Assembly (NCBI GenBank): GCA_013239625.1
Contig: MU053934.1
Coordinates: 9,197,352 to 9,261,351, forward strand
DNA from: Lama guanicoe
Lineage: Eukaryota
Direction of reading: 5' to 3'
Length of the DNA: 64,000 nucleotides
Shown: piece after piece, positions 13,343-25,526 of the stretch
Layout: every line of letters starts with the position of its first letter
Position numbering within the stretch: the first letter of the stretch is position 1
Notes under the pieces: generated by a model
Seen by the model: the letters and a program-made list of their open reading frames with translations, nothing else
What the model was told of the DNA's origin: nothing
The model's database searches: none
Translations under genes and position numbers: made by a program

Positions 13343-13426
13343 TTTTTTTTTTTTTAAATGGAGGTACTGGGGATTGAACCCAGGACATGCTAAACATGTC
13401 CTCTACCACTGAGCTATCCCCTCCCC
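13343..13426 (-). mobile_element. tRNA-derived SINE, Vic-1-like (camelid)
   Basis: Reverse complement GGGGAGGGGATAGCTCAGTGGTAGAG (A box)...CCTGGGTTCAATCCCCAGTACCTCCA (B box) plus A-tail. Confidence 0.85.
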
Positions 13427-13919
13427 ACTTAATAAAGTCCATAAGAAGTTCTTATGTGCAGAATCTTTCTCTAACTAAGAATGTAAAGGCATTCTCCTTG
13501 TATTTTCTCCCAGAGCTTTGTAGTTTTGCCTAACATGTATTCCTAAATCCATCTGGGGCTACTTTTTTCGTAGGATTACAAGTGAGGCTCCAGTCCAGTT
13601 TTTCCCTGTACAGGTGGCAGGTGTTCCAGCGCCCCTCCAGAACAGGCCAGCCAACAGGCCGGCCATCCCCCAGGACCTTCAGTTCCGGCGCCGCTGTTCA
13701 GGTTTCCCTGTGTGCGCAGCTCTCCTCCGGACACTGTCCACTTCTGTGCATTTCGCCTTCTTGTAGCTTCCTTTACTTGATATAATGGATTTGAGATTCT
13801 GTCTCTGTCCTAATGAGAGACAGATTCTGTCTGTGGTGAGGACACTGGGAAGGAGGGAAGCATGCGATTTTGGGGGGTGGGGTGGGGAGAGGACTTAGGT
13901 ACTTGGAACCCTTGAAAGC

Positions 13920-14214
13920 CAGGGTCGCCAAACTATGATCCATGGGCCAAATCTGAGCCACCACCTTTTTATTTTTTAATGGCTTTTGAGTTAAGAATGA
14001 TTTTTACATTTTAAATGATGAGGGAAAATAAATAAAATTTCATGACACGAAAATTACATGCACTTTAAATTCGGTGTCTGTGAAAAGAGTGTCCCCAGGA
14101 CACAGGTTGGCGGGTGGGTTGCGGTGTCGTCCGCGGCAGCAGCGGTGACACGTCGTGTCCGCAGAGCCTGAGCTGCTTACCCCCGGCCTTCACAGGAGAG
14201 GCTTCCCAGCCCTG
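13920..14214. mobile_element. hAT-Charlie MITE, MER58B-like
   Basis: caggg...ccctg termini; cagggtcgccaaactatg...gggccaaatc; taagaatgatttttacatttt. Confidence 0.75.
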
Positions 14215-16189
14215 CAGGATGGATCGGTCTTCGCTGCCAGGGACAGCTCCAGAGTCCTGCATGTGACAGATGAAGGGAAAAGAGCACCAAAGGAGAGTTT
14301 TGAGGGCTGCAAAGATAAATTTCAAACTTTTGCCCTAGGCTGTTTCTCGTAGGAGATAGAAATGTTTTTATTTTCTGTTTTCATTCACTCTAACCCAGTC
14401 AACTCAGTAAGCAGGGTTTATGGCTTTAAATAACAACCAGTGATTGTTATTTTAGTCTCTGAACCTGTGTGTGTTTTAATAGTTTTTTCTCAGTGACGGG
14501 GGTTAAACTACTCTAGACCACATATGGCAATTTTTAATTAAATCTAAGGTATTAGAATAAATCTTTTAACAAGTGTGGAAGTCTTAGTTGTAGGTTCCAG
14601 TGACGGGCAGCTAGTTTCCTTGTCAAGCAGGGGTCCCGCCTGGTGTGTTAACTGTCGGACGCATGTACAGGTAGTTCGTTAGACCCATCTAACCTGCTGC
14701 ATATAATCACCGGCAGTTTTCTTTAATTTTACTCAAACAGGATCAAACCTACAGATCTGTTCCAACTTGAAGGAAATGAAATTCTACCTTTTGTGTAACT
14801 CAAAGGCTCTTGTTTTGTTCTGTAATGTAACATTGCATTTATGTGTTGTCTGCAGGGTATGCATTCCTCTCTAAAAGGGATGTCTAGCGGTTGAATTTTA
14901 ATTGTCCTTGTAAGTACCTTCTACCTCTGTGAATGAAGTAGCTAAGCTTTTTAAAGTCTTTGTGAATGTTTTGTGTTAGTTTGGTTAAAGCAGCAATGAC
15001 AGCAGTTTTTATTATTAATAACATTTGTAATATGTGAACCATTGACTGATCTTCACTGGCTGTTTCACTGTCGTTAATCATTACACATATTTAGCTGTGC
15101 TGTCTTGACAGTGAACATGGAATTCGCAGACAGAGTACGTTAGGACTGCTTTGGATCTGTAGTGCCAAACAGCTTTCTGTCAAGGCTCTAGAGAAGGTGA
15201 AGAAGTCTAGAAGAGAAGTACGTGCTTTCATAGAGGTTACTGTTAATGAAAAGCTTATTTTTGGTCTTCATCTGATGGAAGTTGTTAATGTATCATATTG
15301 TATTAAAATATGGTGAATAAAATCTGTGGCTGTTCATTATATGGCTCTGGAGGAAAGAGGTCCCCCCCCTTTTTATAGAGGGATACAGACATCTAAGAAA
15401 GTCTCTGCTTTCAAGAAATTTAAAATATAATTAATTGGGTTACAACCCCTCTCCCCGCCTCCCCCTTTAAGCTTACCCATTATGTCATTTTATGGGGAAG
15501 GAGAGGTAGATGTTTCTTAAATACCAATCATAGGATATCTCCATCTTAAAATGTGGCCATTTTTTCAAGTTTCTGAGTCCAGGAGGTATGGATTTCTTAC
15601 TGGGAGTGGACATGTTGCGCCGGTGCCTCAGTGTTTTCCAGCCGCTGCCGCGAAGTGCGCGGATTTCACTGCCCACGCCAGGCCTGGGCCTGCCTCAGAG
15701 CCCTGCTCAGTTAGTGTCTGGGTGACAGAATGAGTCAGGGAGGCAGTGAGATGCCACTCTGAATATGCCGATATTCTCATCACTGTTTAAACTTGAGTTG
15801 AACAAATACAATTAGTGAATGCCAGTCTGGGCCCTAGAGATACGGAAGAAAATAAAATCTCTCTTTTTTTTTTTGGATCTATAGTCCAGCTGGGGCGACA
15901 GACCCGACAAGTGTTATTCCATTCTTATGGACTGAGTCCCAGAGGAGCACAGAGGTGGGAGGTGGTCCCCCGAGGACTCTGAGGACCAGGGAGTTTGACC
16001 AGGGCTGGGAGTTTTCCAAAGGCCGGGTTCTTCCAGGCAGCGAGTTGGGTGGGGGCGGTGTGGAAGGGCGGTCTGGTGGAGGCCGTAGGTTTGAGCAGAC
16101 GCAGGACTGCAAGTGCTCAGTGGTTTCAGGAACCCATGGGTGTGTGGCCCGGGGACAACAAATGGCAGTGATCACAGTCCCAGGTTAGA

Positions 16190-16290
16190 GGGTGGGGGTG
16201 GAGCGCAGTGGTGGAGGGTGTGCTTAGCATGCTCGAGGTCCTGGGTTCAATCGCTGGTACCGCCATTTAAAAAAAATCCTCATTTATTTT
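16190..16290 (+). mobile_element. tRNA-derived SINE, Vic-1-like
   Basis: gcagtggtggag...tgcttagcatgctcgaggtcctgggttcaatc...ccatttaaaaaaaa; same family as the four minus-strand copies. Confidence 0.85.
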
Positions 16291-17079
16291 CTCTTTATAC
16301 CACAAATATAAATTACCACGTGCTCTATAAACGCTGCCTTGATTACTCTTCAGTAGCTGTTAGAGGTTACTTGTATTTCAGGAATCTTTGGATTGACTTT
16401 AGTTCAGTTAACCATTTTTCTTTTGGCTTAAAGTGTAATAGAGGAGAAAAGCATGGTGTGTGTGTGACAGATTAACACGTAACATTGGGGGTTATTCACA
16501 GGACAGTTCATGAACTTACTGATCGTTCTATGGTTGGAATATCAGTTACCCAGTTTTCCTAAGAATAGTGGTTTTTAAAAATTTTGTGTCGTCTACCATA
16601 ATTTGACTTCAGACTTTTGATGTGCAAGGTACCAGTTTTGATGCTAGGATTTCAAAGAGTGACATCAGAGAAGACCGTGTACAGGAAGACGGCGGTGCCC
16701 ACGTGAGAGGTAGCTTGCAGAAGAAAGCACGTTGGCGTCCTTACCCCAGGAGTGAACACGCATTCTTAGTCATCCTGGTAGGAACATGCGGCTGCGCTGT
16801 AGGTTGTGGAAGCTGTGCAGCTCTGCTTTTGTCTGACTGTAAGATTAGGGAGTAAATGCCACCACACTTGATGCCAGTGGGGCACGTGGAGGTAATTGGG
16901 TTTTCTCCTTGTTGGAGAAATCATGATCACTCTTGGCGTTCTTCAGAATTGTTTTACCTCTTGGGTTTTTTCTTAGCATATTAAGGTCTGCACTGTACTT
17001 AGTGCTGTTGGAGCCCAGAGCAGACCTCCTCAACATTTGCCTCCGTGACATACTGATTTTTTTTTTTACTTAAAATTAC

Positions 17080-17540
17080 TTAAGAAAGAGCTATCACAAG
17101 AGGGACGCTCTGACCCGTCCCTCTGCCTCCCTGAAAACAGGCGGTACATCTCCCTGCGAGAGGTGTGTTCCCTGCACCTGGAGGTGGAGGACACCCTGAT
17201 GCCCAGAGGTGAATTTGGGGCTGAGAAACCCAGACGCACAAACTTTGTTACTTCTTTAATTTACTGCCCCACGTCCGAACTCTGGCCAGAGGCTTCACTA
17301 CTAAGCACCCAAAGCCTGAGTTTCTTTGTTCTGCCAATTCCTCACAAGTTTATTGTTTCTTTGTCTAAAAAGTATAAAAGCTGCCTGCTTTGGTCCACTT
17401 TTTAGGCCGCATTTCTATGAAACCTCTGGGCACGTGAATTACCTTTCTCTTCCTCCTGTTAATCTGTCTTGGGTCAGTTTTATTGTTAGTCCAGTCACAA
17501 GAACTCAGGAGGGGAGGCGGACACTTCCTGCTGCCCGACT
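17080..17540 (+). mobile_element. ERV LTR relic (MER34/MER39-like, ERV1 class)
   Basis: TATA-like gtataaaagctg followed by cctgttaatctgtctt...tcagttttatt, characteristic of this LTR group as I recall it. Confidence 0.6.
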
Positions 17541-18839
17541 GTACTCCTTAAAGCTGTCTTGAAAGTGCTCACGAGTATTCTTTTTATGGCATATCGTCAC
17601 CGAGAGCGGCTGTCACTCCACGTTGCTTTATGCAGTTACTGAGGCAGGATTAATGCCGCGCCCTTGAGCTTTCACGTTTTTATTTGGTCACTCAAGTCAC
17701 TGAAATTCTGAATCAAAGCTTCACGCTCCACATTTAGAGGGGTGATGGGGGGACAAATTATTTTATGCATGATTTCCCAGTTTTTAATTGATTAATTTAT
17801 ACGCTGCCTCTTTCCAGAAACATATTTGAAGTACCTTAAAAAATAAATACCATTAAATAAAATAAAGATAAGGGAGGAAGTTGGAGACAAGGGAACAGCC
17901 AGACAGGAGAAATAAGATTAGTGCTCAGAGCCACGCCGAGGATTGCAGTGTTAAAGGTGGGTCAGAGGTTCGACTCCAGGCTTCTTAGAGACAAAGACCG
18001 AGAGCAGAACACGGTGACTGATGTGACTTGCAGCATCCACCCCTAAGATAAAAGGACAGCACTTGGAGCCCGAGCATGTGTGGTCCTGAAGCCCAGGGGG
18101 GAGGTGTCCCCACTGCCCGAGCAAGCCCAGCAGCCTGCGGCGGTTCTGTGTGGAGGTTCTGTGTGGTCTGGCTCAGCCCAGGGGTGACACGGGCAGTGCT
18201 GTGGCTCCACAGTGAGAGCAGAACCGAGAAGTCGTGCGGTCAGAACTCATCTGTGAGGATCTCTTCAGTTTTCTAACGCAGCAGTTTTCCTCCTGTCATT
18301 AAAACAGCTTGTTTCTTCAGGGGGTTCATGGAATGAGGAAATTGGCTTGCATTTAGGTGCCATGTCGCACCCAAAAATTCTCATCTTCATTGCTGTGGGC
18401 TGAGAGCCAGCGCAGGCGATGCCCCTGGCACGAGAGGCCTCTGGGAACGGAGGTGCCCCGGGGGACAGCCACGGGGGGAAGGCCAGCAGGACAGCGCGGT
18501 TCCTTGTCCCCCCAGGGCCATGCTCTCGGGGGAGAGCTTGCTCTGGCTGTCTCTCTGTCTTTGTTTCTGTCTGTCTCCTCCCCACCCCACCCCCACCTAC
18601 ATGGTTGAACACATGTAAGCTCAGAGCACAGTCGCTGGCTTCACGGCATCTAAGATTGGATCATGTATCTGCCCCCTGGGCAGTCCTTCGTGAATATTGT
18701 TCCTCGTAATTTTAGGCACCTAGTGGGTGACAGAGGACATGGTTATAGTCCCTGTCTAGAGCATGAAATGCAGATGTTTGGTTTTGATTAAGGGCAGATC
18801 CAGAAACAGTCACCTTCAGTGGGGCTTTGGGTTGCTGCA

Positions 18840-19060
18840 GGGAGCGGGAGCACTGAAGCCACTGAGGTGGGGTCGCGGCTCCGCCAGTGATTAGCTGAGC
18901 GATGTGGGCAAGTTGCTTAAACACCTTTAACACTGTTACCCTGTCTTTAAAATGGAGATGGTGGTATTGGCGTCGTAAGGTTGAAGCGAAGGTTAAATGG
19001 GGTAATACAGGGGAAGGTCAGTAAGAACAGGGCCTTGGCTAAGCGCCTGGTCTTGGGGCT
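18840..19060 (+). mobile_element. MIR SINE upstream of exon 2
   Basis: tagctgagcgatgtgggcaagttgcttaa...taaaatggagatg...aggttaaatgg. Confidence 0.7.
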
Positions 19061-19206
19061 CTTCCGTGTTGTAAATTAAGGAGCTGGAACAGGTAGGCCT
19101 AGACTGCGTCCCCACAGAGTTAGGTACAAGCAGTGTTCTGAGATGGACATTTGGAAATTAGTCTTTTTTTCTGGTCTGTAACAATTTTATCTTTTTTTAC
19201 CCCCAG

Positions 19207-19398
19207 AGAAACGGCACCCAGGACCATCTTCCAGAGAGTCCTGGATATCCTGAAGAAGTCTTCTCAGGCCGTTGAGCTGGCCTGCAGGGACCCGTCCCAG
19301 GTGGACCATCTGGCCTCCAGCCTGCAGTTAATCACGGAGTGCTTCCGGTGTCTGCGCAACGCGTGCATAGAGTGTTCCGTGAACCAGAACTCCATCAG
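19207..19398 (+). CDS. ATXN10: Ataxin-10 coding exon 2 (192 nt, phase 2-2): (R)ETAPRTIFQRVLDILKKSSQAVELACRDPSQVDHLASSLQLITECFRCLRNACIECSVNQNSI(R)
   Basis: Polypyrimidine tract then ccccag|A GAA ACG; donor AG|gtacca; peptide seen in ORF 19151..19525 and matches recalled ataxin-10 sequence. Confidence 0.97.
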
Positions 19399-20599
19399 GT
19401 ACCATCCTCCGTGGCTGCGCGTTACCTGCGGTTGCACTTCTTCGTGGACGGCACGCCGGTCGTGTCGCGTTTACGTGTTTATCTGTCAGAAGTGGTTTTG
19501 GCGTCACAGTCGCCCGCCGTGCTGAGGAGGCCATCTTTGTGTCCCCGGGAGCAGTGCTTTGCGGGGCTTGGCCTTGGAGACTCTGAGATGAGGCCAGGAT
19601 GTGTGCCCTTAGGGTTATCTCGGCTCCTTGCTTGTATTTACAGTGTTTTGAGGTATTTGGTTTTCTATGTAGCACAGTGATTTGAACTTGATTTTGATTC
19701 TTTGGTCCCAGATTCTGCCTGCCTGAATGCACAGGCAGTTCGGGACCTCACTTTTCTTACTTGTAAATGTTTTAAGTAGTTTTAGTATTTTAACTAATTG
19801 CTCCTGTGTTTACTTTGAACAAGGAGCGTGCTTTGTGAATTTCTAAGATGGCCTACTTAAGATTTCCTTAAGATTGTGTGGCGTCCCCAGCCCCGCTTCC
19901 ACCCACTTTGTAACGTACGCTGAGTGCAGTCACACGGTGAGCGGGGGGACCGCCCTGCGCGGCTCCTGCCCTGTGACGTGCTGCACTGCCCTCCCAGAAC
20001 TGAGCTCCTTGCCCCTTCGATTGTAAGGAATCTACTTTTTATTAAAATTTTTTACTTGAGACGAAGTCAGAAGCCACAAAGCATGCTCACTTTTCTTTCC
20101 TGGACTTGCATGTAGACAGAGCCTCCAGGCCTCCCTGTCACTGCTGTGATGGGTGAAGCCGGGCTGGTCCAGAAGCCAGTGAGGGGCTCCCTGCGCTGCC
20201 CAGACGGTCTTATACCTGAGGCTGGGGTATGATTAATGAGATGTTTTAGATCAAAGGAGAGGGAACAAAAGTTCGGATTGTTTAATTTCAGGACTGAACT
20301 GAACATGGCATCCATTTGCAGATAAATGGACAGAAACAATAATGATCTTGGTAATAATAGTTAACTTTTAAAAAGCGTAAGTATTTGTATGCTGGAAATA
20401 GCAGGCCAGAGGCTAGTTTCCTCTGTCCCTGTCCAGGCAGGGAGGCCCTCTGGTTGATGGCAGAGGGAGGGAGAGCCTTAGAACAGGGACTTTGCGGGCT
20501 GGCAAACTCGTCTTTGTGCTTCTGTAGCCTCGTGGGTGGGAAGCCGGCTTCGAAGGGCCTGCCCTCAGCGCCAGGGCTTTGTTCCAAGACCTTGACTGG

Positions 20600-20775
20600 C
20601 AGTATCTTGTTTAATCCTTAGAACAAACCCAAGAAATAGTATGCTGCTATTCTGCCATTTTTACAAAAGAAAAAAATGTGACCCAGGCTGAGGAACTTGT
20701 CCGAGAGTCTCTCACTTAGTAAGTCGCAGAGTTCAGGACGGTTCTCCGTGACTCCGGACTATCTGACTCTAAAAC
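20600..20775 (-). mobile_element. MIR SINE
   Basis: tttaatcct...ccatttttaca...aacttgtcc...tctgactctaaa. Confidence 0.65.
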
Positions 20776-21322
20776 TTGGCCCAGAAGCAGCTGTCACAAC
20801 TACCTCGAGACACATGGACGCTGTTGTCTGTGATGGTGCCGTCCCTTAAATAGCCAGGGCCTTAGCCTTCACGAGTACCAGTGAGTTTTAAGAGCTAATG
20901 CTTAATGTAAAATACCGAAAGGTGTCTGTGTACATGGTATGCTCAGTAAAAGCTAAGTGTTTCTGTCGTCGCCTCCAGAATGATACTATAATACAAGTTT
21001 ATGTTATTATTTCTTTCTTTGAAAACAATTAATTTGTATTTCTTGAGCCTGTCAAGACTCAGATCTCAATCAGTATGTGTTTTTCCGATGTTTTAAGTTA
21101 TTAAAGAGTTAATCAAAAGGTATGATGCTGTTAAGGCCTAGATCTTTTTACATCTTTTGTCTGAACATTGCACTTTGTGTGGAATGGGATTATGTTTTGC
21201 CAAGGATATATGGAATACGGGGCGTAACAGCAAAGCAAACAACCCGAGTCACATGAAATTCAGGAAGTACTCAGAGAGAACTGTTGAAAGCAGTTAGCTC
21301 TGCTGTAAACATAACCCCTGTT

Positions 21323-21520
21323 GCCAGGGTCGCTGTCCTGTTACTGCAGAGAGCCCGGTAAATGGTTGAGGCTTTGTGATCTATGTCAGAACGTCTCAGC
21401 CCTCCCATTGTCCTGCGGAAGCAGCCTTACCTCGTACGTGAACAAATGCACGTGCTGTGTTCCAGTAAAGCCTCACTTGTGAACACTGAAATTTGAATTT
21501 CATGAAATTTTCATGTCGTG
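21323..21520. mobile_element. hAT-Charlie MITE, MER58B-like partial, opposite orientation to the copy at 13920
   Basis: gctgtgttccagtaaa...acactgaaatttgaatttcatgaaattttcatgtc. Confidence 0.7.
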
Positions 21521-21837
21521 GAGTTACACCCCGCTCCTCCCACATCTGGCCCACAGACTCAGGCAGAGGCCCAGTTGCCTGGTAACCATCTGTGTCTACG
21601 TAGAGGCAGGAGCAGGAGGAGGCAGGGAGGCGCCGGGAGGCAGGCGCTGAGCCTCCTTTCCCACCAGTCTTGTGCTTGGATGACGGGAGAGGTGCAGCGG
21701 CTTTCTGCCCACCTGGCCTCAGGGAAAGGAGAGAGGGTCCTAGCCACTGCCTGCCATCCCGGCCCTCTTCTTCGTCAGGCAGCAAGGTCTTGGCTTAATT
21801 GTGACTCACGCTGAGGGATGGTGAAGAGGTAGGGAGC

Positions 21838-24784
21838 TCTATTAGCTTCCTTTGCTGCTGGAACAAGTTACTGCAAATTCAGAAGCTTGAAGCAGCAGAA
21901 AGTTATTATCCGACAGTTCCGGAGGTCAGGAGTCCTAAATCAGTTCTGCTGACCTGAAGGCAAAGTGCCAGCAGGGCTGGTTCCTTCTGGAGTCTCTCGT
22001 AGAGAATCCATTCTCTTGATTTTGTAGCTTCCAGAGGCTGCCTGCATTCCTTACTCCATGGCTCCATGCTCCCATCCTCAAAGCAGCACCGTAACATCTT
22101 CCCACCTCTTTCTCATCCTGACCATCTGGCTTCCCCGTGATGGGGACCGTAATGGTTACACGAGGCTCACCCAGGGAAGCCAGGGTCACCCTCCCGTCTT
22201 CACACCAGTGATTTAATCACAATAGAAAGTCTCTTGTGATGTTTTTTTTGACCAGTTCTTATTCTCCAAAACCAACTGTGTGTCCAACAGTTCAGTTCCA
22301 TTCTGACACTACCTCGAGTTGTGGCGTCAGACTCCACAGCTTCACGACTCAGTCCCACAAGACTGCCCCACTTCAGACGCCAGCTGCAAACGGAGTACCT
22401 AGACCACATTTCTGCCCAGCTGACTACTGATTCAGGGGTTCCCATGACACCCCTCGGGTCTGATAGTTCAGTAGAACTCACAGAAAGCAGGGAACACTGC
22501 ACATACTCCTACTAGTTTACTATGAAGGGTGCGGCTCAGGGAGCGCCAGGCAGCAGCATCGCGGAGGGTGGGTGGGGCTTCTCTGCCCTCTCCAGGCGCA
22601 TCTTCCTCTCAGCTCTTTGATGTGTTCATCAGCCCACTCACAAGCCCTCCAGACGTACTGTTTAGGACTTTTTTCATGGAAGTTCCATCACATAGGCACG
22701 ATTGATTAAATCACTGGCCATTGGTGGTTGGACTTGATCTCCAGCCCTCTTCCCCTCCCCGGAAGTGGGAGGTTGGGGTTGACAGTTGCAGCTGTCTAGC
22801 CATCTGATCATGTGGCTGGTTCCCCTGGCAACCAGCCCCCATCCTGAAGCTGTCTGCAGGCCCAGCAAAGTTGCCTCCTTAGCATGAACTCAGGTACGGT
22901 TGAGAGGGGCTTGGTATGAATAACAGAAAGCACTCCTGTCACACAGGAACTTCCAAGCATTTAGGAGCTCTGTGCCAGGCACTGGGGACAGAGATCCCAT
23001 ATGTAGTCGTTGTTGTGTCGCATCTCTTTTGCCGTATAAGGTAACATTCACCGTGTCCAGAGTTTAGTATGTGGACATCTTCCAGGGACCTTTACTTTGC
23101 CTGGCACAGTCCACCCTTTGGCCTCTAAAGATCCATTTCTATCCTGTGTGCAAAATGCATTCATCTCATCCCAAAGTCCCCCAGATTCCTGACCCATTAT
23201 AGCATCAGCTCAAGTCCGAAATCTCACCTGAGTCTCATTAGCTAAAAAGTCCCAAATCTTACCGTGGAAATTACATATGGGTGAGACTCTGGACATGATT
23301 CATCCAGGGCAGAAGTCCCTTTTTTCTTTAGCCATGTGGAACTCGACAAGTAGTCTGCTCCCAAAATACAGTGGTGGGACAGGCATAGGATAACAGTTTT
23401 AGACATTACTCTAAAAAAGGAGAAAATTGAGGGAAAAGAGGAGTCACTGGTCCCAAGCCATCTCAAAATCCAGCTGGGCAAATTCTGGTTTTGAGGCCTG
23501 GGAATAGCCCTCTGCGGCTCGAGGCTCTTGCCCGTGGCCCTGCCCCCAGAGTCAGCCTCCTTTTCCTTGAAGAGTAAGAGTAACTGTTTTCAGCTGAGCA
23601 GTTCACCCTAATTCCTGCCTGCAGAATTTTGGGAGTTAACAGCCCTCTTTCATTTCATCCTTTCTCTGTGCATTTCATCCAAGTTGGCTGAGTTTCTACT
23701 GGTGTAACATTCTCAAAACCCTCGTGGGTCTCACGTGTGTGTCACGGGGATTTATACACCATTAGGCAGTCTAAGGCCCGCCACAGAGCTCCCTCAGATC
23801 ATAACCCCATCTCTACTCCTGGTTTCTGCGGAGATGACCGAGGGCAGTGATTCACACACCTGATCCCTTCAGAGAGACGTGTGACTGAACACTGACCTTT
23901 TGGTTCTGCCAATGCATTAGCAAGAGGTCATCCAGCCACACTCTTGGCTTTCTCTTTAGAGCACATTTTCCTAACAGTGACCTTCTGGTTTTAGCATCTT
24001 TTGCAGTCTGTGTAGATTGAGAGTTTCCCAAATCACACCTCGTTCCCTTTCGGTTTCCTTTATCTCTCCTCTCTTGCATTTTTATCATATGCAACAAGAG
24101 GAAATCAGGCCACACCTTCAACATGTTGCTTGGAAATCTGCTTGGCTAAGTATCCAAGTTCATGGTGTTGCGAAGCTTCTGCCACTTTCCTCCAGTTTCC
24201 AATGGCATGTTCCTCATTTCCGTCTGCGATCTCACCAGCAGTGCCGTCAGTGTCCACATTTCTACCAACAGTTTCTTCAAGGCACATGGGCCTTTTCTGT
24301 CATGCGCCTCAAAATTCTTCCAGCCTCTGCCCATTGTCAGATTCCAAAGCCGCTTCCGTGTATCTGTTTGTTATAGCAGCACACCATTTCTGCTACCCAA
24401 CTTAGTTTTCTCTTGCTACTGTGACAAATTACTGAAAACCTTAATAGTTTAAAACAGCACAGATTTATTATCTTACAGTTCCAGAGTTCAGAAGCCCGCA
24501 GTGGGTCAGCGTGGCTTTGGGGGAGGATCATTTTCCTGCCTTTTCTGGCTTCTAGAGGCCGCCTGCATCCTCGGCTTACAGCCTCCTTCCCTGACCTCCT
24601 CGTATTCCTCTCATAAGGACCCTGGTGATACATAGGGCCTCCCTAGTTACTCCAGGTCAGTCTTAGCCTCTCGAGATCCTGATTTACTCACGACTGTAAA
24701 GGTCTCCCTTGCCGTGTAAGGTGGCACAGTCCCAGGTTTGGGGACTAAGGTGTGGCTCCCTGGGGGCTGTCACCCTGCATTACA
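21838..24784 (-). mobile_element. Full-structure MaLR (MLT1) element: LTR (about 24400-24784), internal region (about 23109-24399), LTR (21838 to about 23108, split by a nested LTR)
   Basis: Two homologous LTRs in the same orientation (ttattatc..acagttcc.gag.tcag; gcttc.agaggc.gcctgcat; tgccgt.taaggt); TSD ggagc (21833-21837) / ggaac (24785-24789). Confidence 0.85.
22235..23022 (-). mobile_element. MER21-like solo LTR nested in the MLT1 LTR
   Basis: TG...CA termini, exact 5-bp TSD tctct (22230-22234 / 23023-23027), motifs ctcagtcccacaagactgcccc and attgattaaatcactggccattgg; MLT1 resumes after the TSD. Confidence 0.85.
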
Positions 24785-24883
24785 GGAACTGTCAGCTGTG
24801 GTCTCTGCAGTCACTGGATCGTCACTGAAACACAGGCTTAAGGAAAAGGATGCATCTGACTTGGTCTTTCTGACCTTATGCAG

Positions 24884-24966
24884 GAGCTTGGACACAGTCG
24901 GTGTCGCTGTTGACTTGATTCTCCTTTTCCGTGAGCTGCGCGTGGAACAGGAATCCCTGTTGACAG
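24884..24966 (+). CDS. ATXN10: Ataxin-10 coding exon 3 (83 nt, phase 2-1): (R)SLDTVGVAVDLILLFRELRVEQESLLT(A)
   Basis: Acceptor tgcag|G, donor ACAG|gtaagt; frame continues from exon 2; peptide in ORF 24738..25091. Confidence 0.97.
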
Positions 24967-25145
24967 GTAAGTTGCAGTGTCGTTCCTGGGTTGTTTGTAT
25001 CTTTGAAAAGGGTTTAAATACCGGCACTTTGAGTATTACATCATTCATTAAAGCAAATGTTCTGTTTCATGATACAGAGAAACTTCATTAGTGATACTGA
25101 AGGGTTATCATGGAAGAAAGTTGTGGTAGCTTCCTTTCTTCCCCC

Positions 25146-25526
25146 TGTTGGGGGCGAAATTGTGTCGCCGCCAAATTCATACCTCGAAGCCCTGACCCCT
25201 CGTGTACTTCAGAACGTGACTGCATTTGGAGGCACTGCCTTTCAAGAGACAATGAAGGCAAAATGAGGCTATATGGGTGGACCCTAGTCTGCTGTGACTG
25301 GTGGCCTTGTGAGCGGGGAGGCTGGGATAAAGACAAGCACAGAGCGAGGACCCTCGGAAGATAAAGGGAGAAGACGGCCCCCTACAGACCGAGGAGAGAA
25401 GCCTCAGAAGAACCAAGCCTGCCGACACCTTGATCTCAGCCTCCCAGCTCCAAAACAGAGACCGGTTTTGCTGGTGAAGCCACCCAGTCCGGGCCGTGTC
25501 CTGGCGGCCCTCGCAAAGCGATAGTG
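25146..25526 (+). mobile_element. MaLR solo LTR (MLT1A/B-like)
   Basis: tgttggggcgaaattgtgtc...ccaaattcata; gcctgccgacaccttgatctcag; aagccacccagt. Confidence 0.8.

Noticed and set aside
16190..16265. tRNA gene (A and B boxes present)
   Set aside because: Diverged, followed by an A-rich tail and repeated five times in the window: a SINE head, not a functional tRNA.
1..19206. ATXN10 exon 1 or promoter CpG island
   Set aside because: No MAAPR-like coding start or dense CpG island seen; the window begins within intron 1.
19151..19525. Full ORF-track ORFs around exons (also 24738-25091, 35270-35611) as standalone CDSs
   Set aside because: Only the AG/GT-bounded internal parts match ataxin-10; the extensions are intronic read-through.
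13920..21520. Inverted MER58B-like pair flanking exon 2 as a pairing element
   Set aside because: Both copies are heavily diverged, so stable RNA duplex formation looks unlikely.
24881..24886. NAGNAG tandem acceptor (CAG GAG) at exon 3
   Set aside because: A distal GAG is rarely used; no evidence from sequence alone.
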